DNA of 60,382 nucleotides, counting the filler. It is 3 parts of 3 records of this genome, joined end to end, with 100 filler letters (N's around TTAATTAATTAA, not from the genome) between each part and the next. Parts side by side here need not be neighbours in the genome. Positions count along the whole stretch, not along the records: positions 39,330 to 60,382 come from SRR20825006_171; 2 more parts are not named here. One strand, 5' to 3'. The position numbers and the translations under genes were made by a program. Positions 57,768 to 60,382 of this stretch are shown in pieces. Every line of letters starts with the position of its first letter. Positions within the stretch are counted from its first letter, which is position 1. Under the pieces are notes generated by a model. That model saw only the letters and a list, made by a program, of their open reading frames with translations, made no database searches and was not told the DNA's origin.

Positions 57768-58628
57768 ATGATTAAATCTATGACTGGCTTTGGGAAATCG
57801 GTGACCCAATTGCCCACAAAAAAAATAACGATCGAGATTAAATCTCTTAACAGTAAAAATCAAGATCTAAACGCGAGGATTCCTTCTTTTTACAGAGAGA
57901 AAGAACTGGAGCTACGCAACTTGGTTGCTCAGAGACTCGAGCGTGGTAAAATAGACTTTAGTCTTTATGTTGAGCTTAATGGCGAAGAAACCAGCAGCTC
58001 GATCAATGCAGATGTGGTTAAACAATATATGAAACAACTGCGTGAGGTTACTCCAGATGCAGCTGATATCGAATTGCTAAAAATCGCTACTCGCCTTCCT
58101 GATGCGCTTAAAACCGAACGCGATGAGATTGATGATGAGGAATATAAATCTATTCTTGCCGGTGTAGAAGAAGCACTCAATGCTATTGACACCTATCGGG
58201 TAGATGAGGGTAAAGCGCTTAAAAAAGACTTTGAATTACGCATAAAAAACATTGCGACTAATCTTGATGAAGTGATCACTCTAGATCCTGAGCGTATGAC
58301 CGGTGTACGCCAGCGTCTAACCAAAGCGGTAAGCGATCTAAAAACTGAAGTTGATGAGAATCGTTTTGAACAAGAACTCACCTACTACCTAGAGAAATAC
58401 GACATCACCGAAGAAAAAGTACGTCTCAGCAATCACTTAAAATACTTTCAAAAATCTCTGGATTCTGCTGATTCTAATGGTAAAAAACTGGCTTTTATCA
58501 GTCAGGAAATGGGACGTGAGATCAACACTATAGGTTCAAAATCTAATTATGCGCCTATGCAACAGGTTGTGGTGCGTATGAAAGACGAACTGGAGAAGAT
58601 CAAAGAACAACTTTTAAACGTACTTTAA
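57768..58628 (+). CDS. yicC: YicC/YloC-family endoribonuclease
   Basis: MIKSMTGFG, KSLN, DITEEKVRL, GKKLAFISQEMGREINTIGSK. TATCTTTG -7 element at 57742-57749. Confidence 0.92.
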   Translation: MIKSMTGFGKSVTQLPTKKITIEIKSLNSKNQDLNARIPSFYREKELELRNLVAQRLERGKIDFSLYVELNGEETSSSINADVVKQYMKQLREVTPDAADIELLKIATRLPDALKTERDEIDDEEYKSILAGVEEALNAIDTYRVDEGKALKKDFELRIKNIATNLDEVITLDPERMTGVRQRLTKAVSDLKTEVDENRFEQELTYYLEKYDITEEKVRLSNHLKYFQKSLDSADSNGKKLAFISQEMGREINTIGSKSNYAPMQQVVVRMKDELEKIKEQLLNVL

Positions 58629-58629
58629 A

Positions 58630-59205
58630 ATGGCTGATACGGGTAAACTCATCGTTTTTTCTGCGCCTAGCGGAAGTGGTAAAACTACTATCGTAAGATG
58701 GCTTCTGGAGAAAAAAGAACTTAATCTAGAGTTTAGTATTTCGGCGGCTTCGCGCGAGCCCAGACCTACTGAAAAAGACGGCGTTGATTATTATTTTCTT
58801 TCGCTTAAAGAATTCAAACGTCGCATCAAGGAAGATGAATTTTTGGAATGGGAAGAAGTCTATCGCGACAATTTCTACGGAACACTAAAAAGCGAAGTAG
58901 AACGCATATGGAAAGAAGGTAAGCACGTTATTTTTGATATTGACGTTGTGGGTGGATTAGACATTAAAAAGCTGTATCCCGAGCGTACCTTAGCTGTTTT
59001 TGTAAAACCACCGAGTATCGAAGAATTAAAGATCAGATTAAAAAAGCGTAAAACCGAAAGTGAAGACCGTATCAATATGCGTGTTGCCAAGGCCAGTATT
59101 GAACTTGCTACCGCTCCGCAGTTTGATTATATCATAGAAAATAATGATCTGGATACTGCGCTTGCTGAAGCTTACGAACTTGTAACCAAGCACATCAACG
59201 GGTAA
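58630..59205 (+). CDS. gmk: Guanylate kinase
   Basis: SAPSGSGKTT P-loop, DGVDYYF, FLEWEEVY, YGT. Confidence 0.95.
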   Translation: MADTGKLIVFSAPSGSGKTTIVRWLLEKKELNLEFSISAASREPRPTEKDGVDYYFLSLKEFKRRIKEDEFLEWEEVYRDNFYGTLKSEVERIWKEGKHVIFDIDVVGGLDIKKLYPERTLAVFVKPPSIEELKIRLKKRKTESEDRINMRVAKASIELATAPQFDYIIENNDLDTALAEAYELVTKHING

Positions 59206-59206
59206 T

Positions 59207-59785
59207 ATGAAAATCGGGCTTTATTTTGGCACATTCAATCCGGTGCATATAGGGCACTTGATTATCGCAAATCACTTTGCTGAATATAGCGATCTTGACA
59301 AGATCTGGATGGTCATTACGCCGCACAACCCGTTTAAGAAAAAAAAGACATTACTTGATAATAATCACCGGTATCAATTGGTTCTTGAAGCTGTTGAAGA
59401 ATACCCAAAGATTGAAGCGAGTACCATTGAATTTAATCTACCCCAACCTAATTATACTTCAAATACACTTGCACATCTACAAGAAAAATACCCACAGCAC
59501 GAGTTTTGTCTGATTATGGGGGAAGATAATTTGCGCACCTTGCACAAGTGGAAAAACTACGAGGTTATTTTAGAACGTCACGAGATCTATGTATACCCTC
59601 GTATAGGAGAACAAGAGACTAAACCTGAGTTGCTTGCTCACCCTAACGTGCACGTGGTTGATGCCCCTGTGGTAGAGATATCTTCAACTGCCATCCGCAA
59701 AGCGATCAAAGCCGGTAAAAACTGCCGCCCGCTACTACCGCATTCGGTATGGGTTTATATTGATCAAATGAATTTTTACAGGTAA
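59207..59785 (+). CDS. nadD: Nicotinate-nucleotide adenylyltransferase
   Basis: GTFNPVHIGH, MGEDN, ISSTAIR. Confidence 0.95.
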   Translation: MKIGLYFGTFNPVHIGHLIIANHFAEYSDLDKIWMVITPHNPFKKKKTLLDNNHRYQLVLEAVEEYPKIEASTIEFNLPQPNYTSNTLAHLQEKYPQHEFCLIMGEDNLRTLHKWKNYEVILERHEIYVYPRIGEQETKPELLAHPNVHVVDAPVVEISSTAIRKAIKAGKNCRPLLPHSVWVYIDQMNFYR

Positions 59786-59835
59786 CGATATCAAAAAACT
59801 ACTTCGTGGGTTTTATACCCTACGGTGGCATCCAT

Positions 59836-59871
59836 AAAAAAAGCTTCAGTTGTACTGAAGCCCTTTTTTTT
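59836..59871. terminator. Bidirectional terminator between nadD and the LysM gene
   Basis: AAAAAAAGCTTCAGT-TGT-ACTGAAGC-CC-TTTTTTTT. Confidence 0.75.
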
Positions 59872-59886
59872 GAGATCGTATAATGC

Positions 59887-60381
59887 TTAATCCAAACTTG
59901 GAATTCTAAGCATTTGACCCGGATATATCTTGTCTGGATCTTTTAGCATTGGTTTGTTTGCTTCAAAAATCACAGGGTACTTCATAGCGTTTCCGTAGAA
60001 CTTTTTAGCGATTTTACTCAGTGTATCACCAGAAACTACGGTGTGAAACTGTGCCTCAGGCTCCTTATGCTCTACACTCATTTGATCATCAACTTGAGCG
60101 ATTCCGTCTACATTACCTACAACAAGTACTACTTTTTCTTTAGTTGCCTGATCTTTTGCTTTACCGGTTACCGTTGCAGTTTCTCCGTCAATCTTAATAT
60201 CTAGCCCTTCAACTTCAAGACCTAAATCTGCAACAGTTTCTTTAAGCGAAGCTTCGGCCTTTTTGGTTGCAGCAGCAGCGGCGGCTGCAGCCTCAGCTTT
60301 CTTTTCGGCAGCTTCTTCGGCAGTGCTTTTACCAATACCTATTTTTGCTCCGGCATTTTTAATAAATGAAAATAATCCCAT
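59887..60381 (-). CDS. BON-LysM protein (YgaU/Kbp-like)
   Basis: MGLFSFIKNAG, BON domain, LysM HTVVSGDTLSKIAK..YG...IFEANKPML..PDKIYPGQ. Confidence 0.9.
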   Translation of the reverse strand: MGLFSFIKNAGAKIGIGKSTAEEAAEKKAEAAAAAAAATKKAEASLKETVADLGLEVEGLDIKIDGETATVTGKAKDQATKEKVVLVVGNVDGIAQVDDQMSVEHKEPEAQFHTVVSGDTLSKIAKKFYGNAMKYPVIFEANKPMLKDPDKIYPGQMLRIPSLD

Positions 60382-60382
60382 G

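Noticed and set aside
1287-59513. Numerous 60-136 aa ORFs nested in or antisense to long genes
   Set aside because: Shadow ORFs of well-supported genes with no motifs of their own
59797-59826. AACTACTTCGTGGG...CCCTACGG as another copy of the dispersed repeat
   Set aside because: Similarity to AACTACCTCGAGGC is too short to support by eye
1-60382. tRNA, rRNA, riboswitch, integrase, transposase, phage or defence genes
   Set aside because: None recognised by eye. A covariance-model or HMM scan would be needed to exclude small RNAs formally.

Overview
Flavobacteriaceae-type (Bacteroidota) DNA made of three contigs joined by two artificial 100-nt linkers (44 N + TTAATTAATTAA + 44 N at 17990-18089 and 39230-39329), so adjacency across the linkers has no biological meaning. 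Contig 1 (1-17989, visibly AT-richer) carries galT/galK divergent from an NrtR-family Nudix regulator, with a perfect 16-bp-arm operator palindrome between them. It then has four conserved genes and a LacI-linked SusC/SusD locus with no classical glycoside hydrolase or lyase. That locus instead has a tandem-DUF1080 lipoprotein, a Tat-exported Gfo/Idh/MocA oxidoreductase, a KdgF-like cupin, uxuB and uxuA. Contig 2 (18090-39229) carries a Tat-signal TldD (partial), a GH28, an FAD oxidoreductase, a laminarin-type PUL (membrane Y_Y_Y/LuxR regulator, SusC, SusD, surface glycan-binding protein, GH16, GH3, GH16) and a partial CpsB-type phosphatase. Contig 3 (39330-60382) carries housekeeping and accessory genes, a lipoprotein azurin, a GH37 trehalase, a nine-gene 3-ketoglycoside (oxidation-elimination-hydration-reduction) cluster with no cytochrome c subunit, then yicC-gmk-nadD and a BON-LysM gene. 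Non-coding signals include candidate operators, helically phased repeats, heptamer tandem repeats and several copies of a dispersed MITE/REP-like repeat. All product calls come from motif recognition, not database searches.
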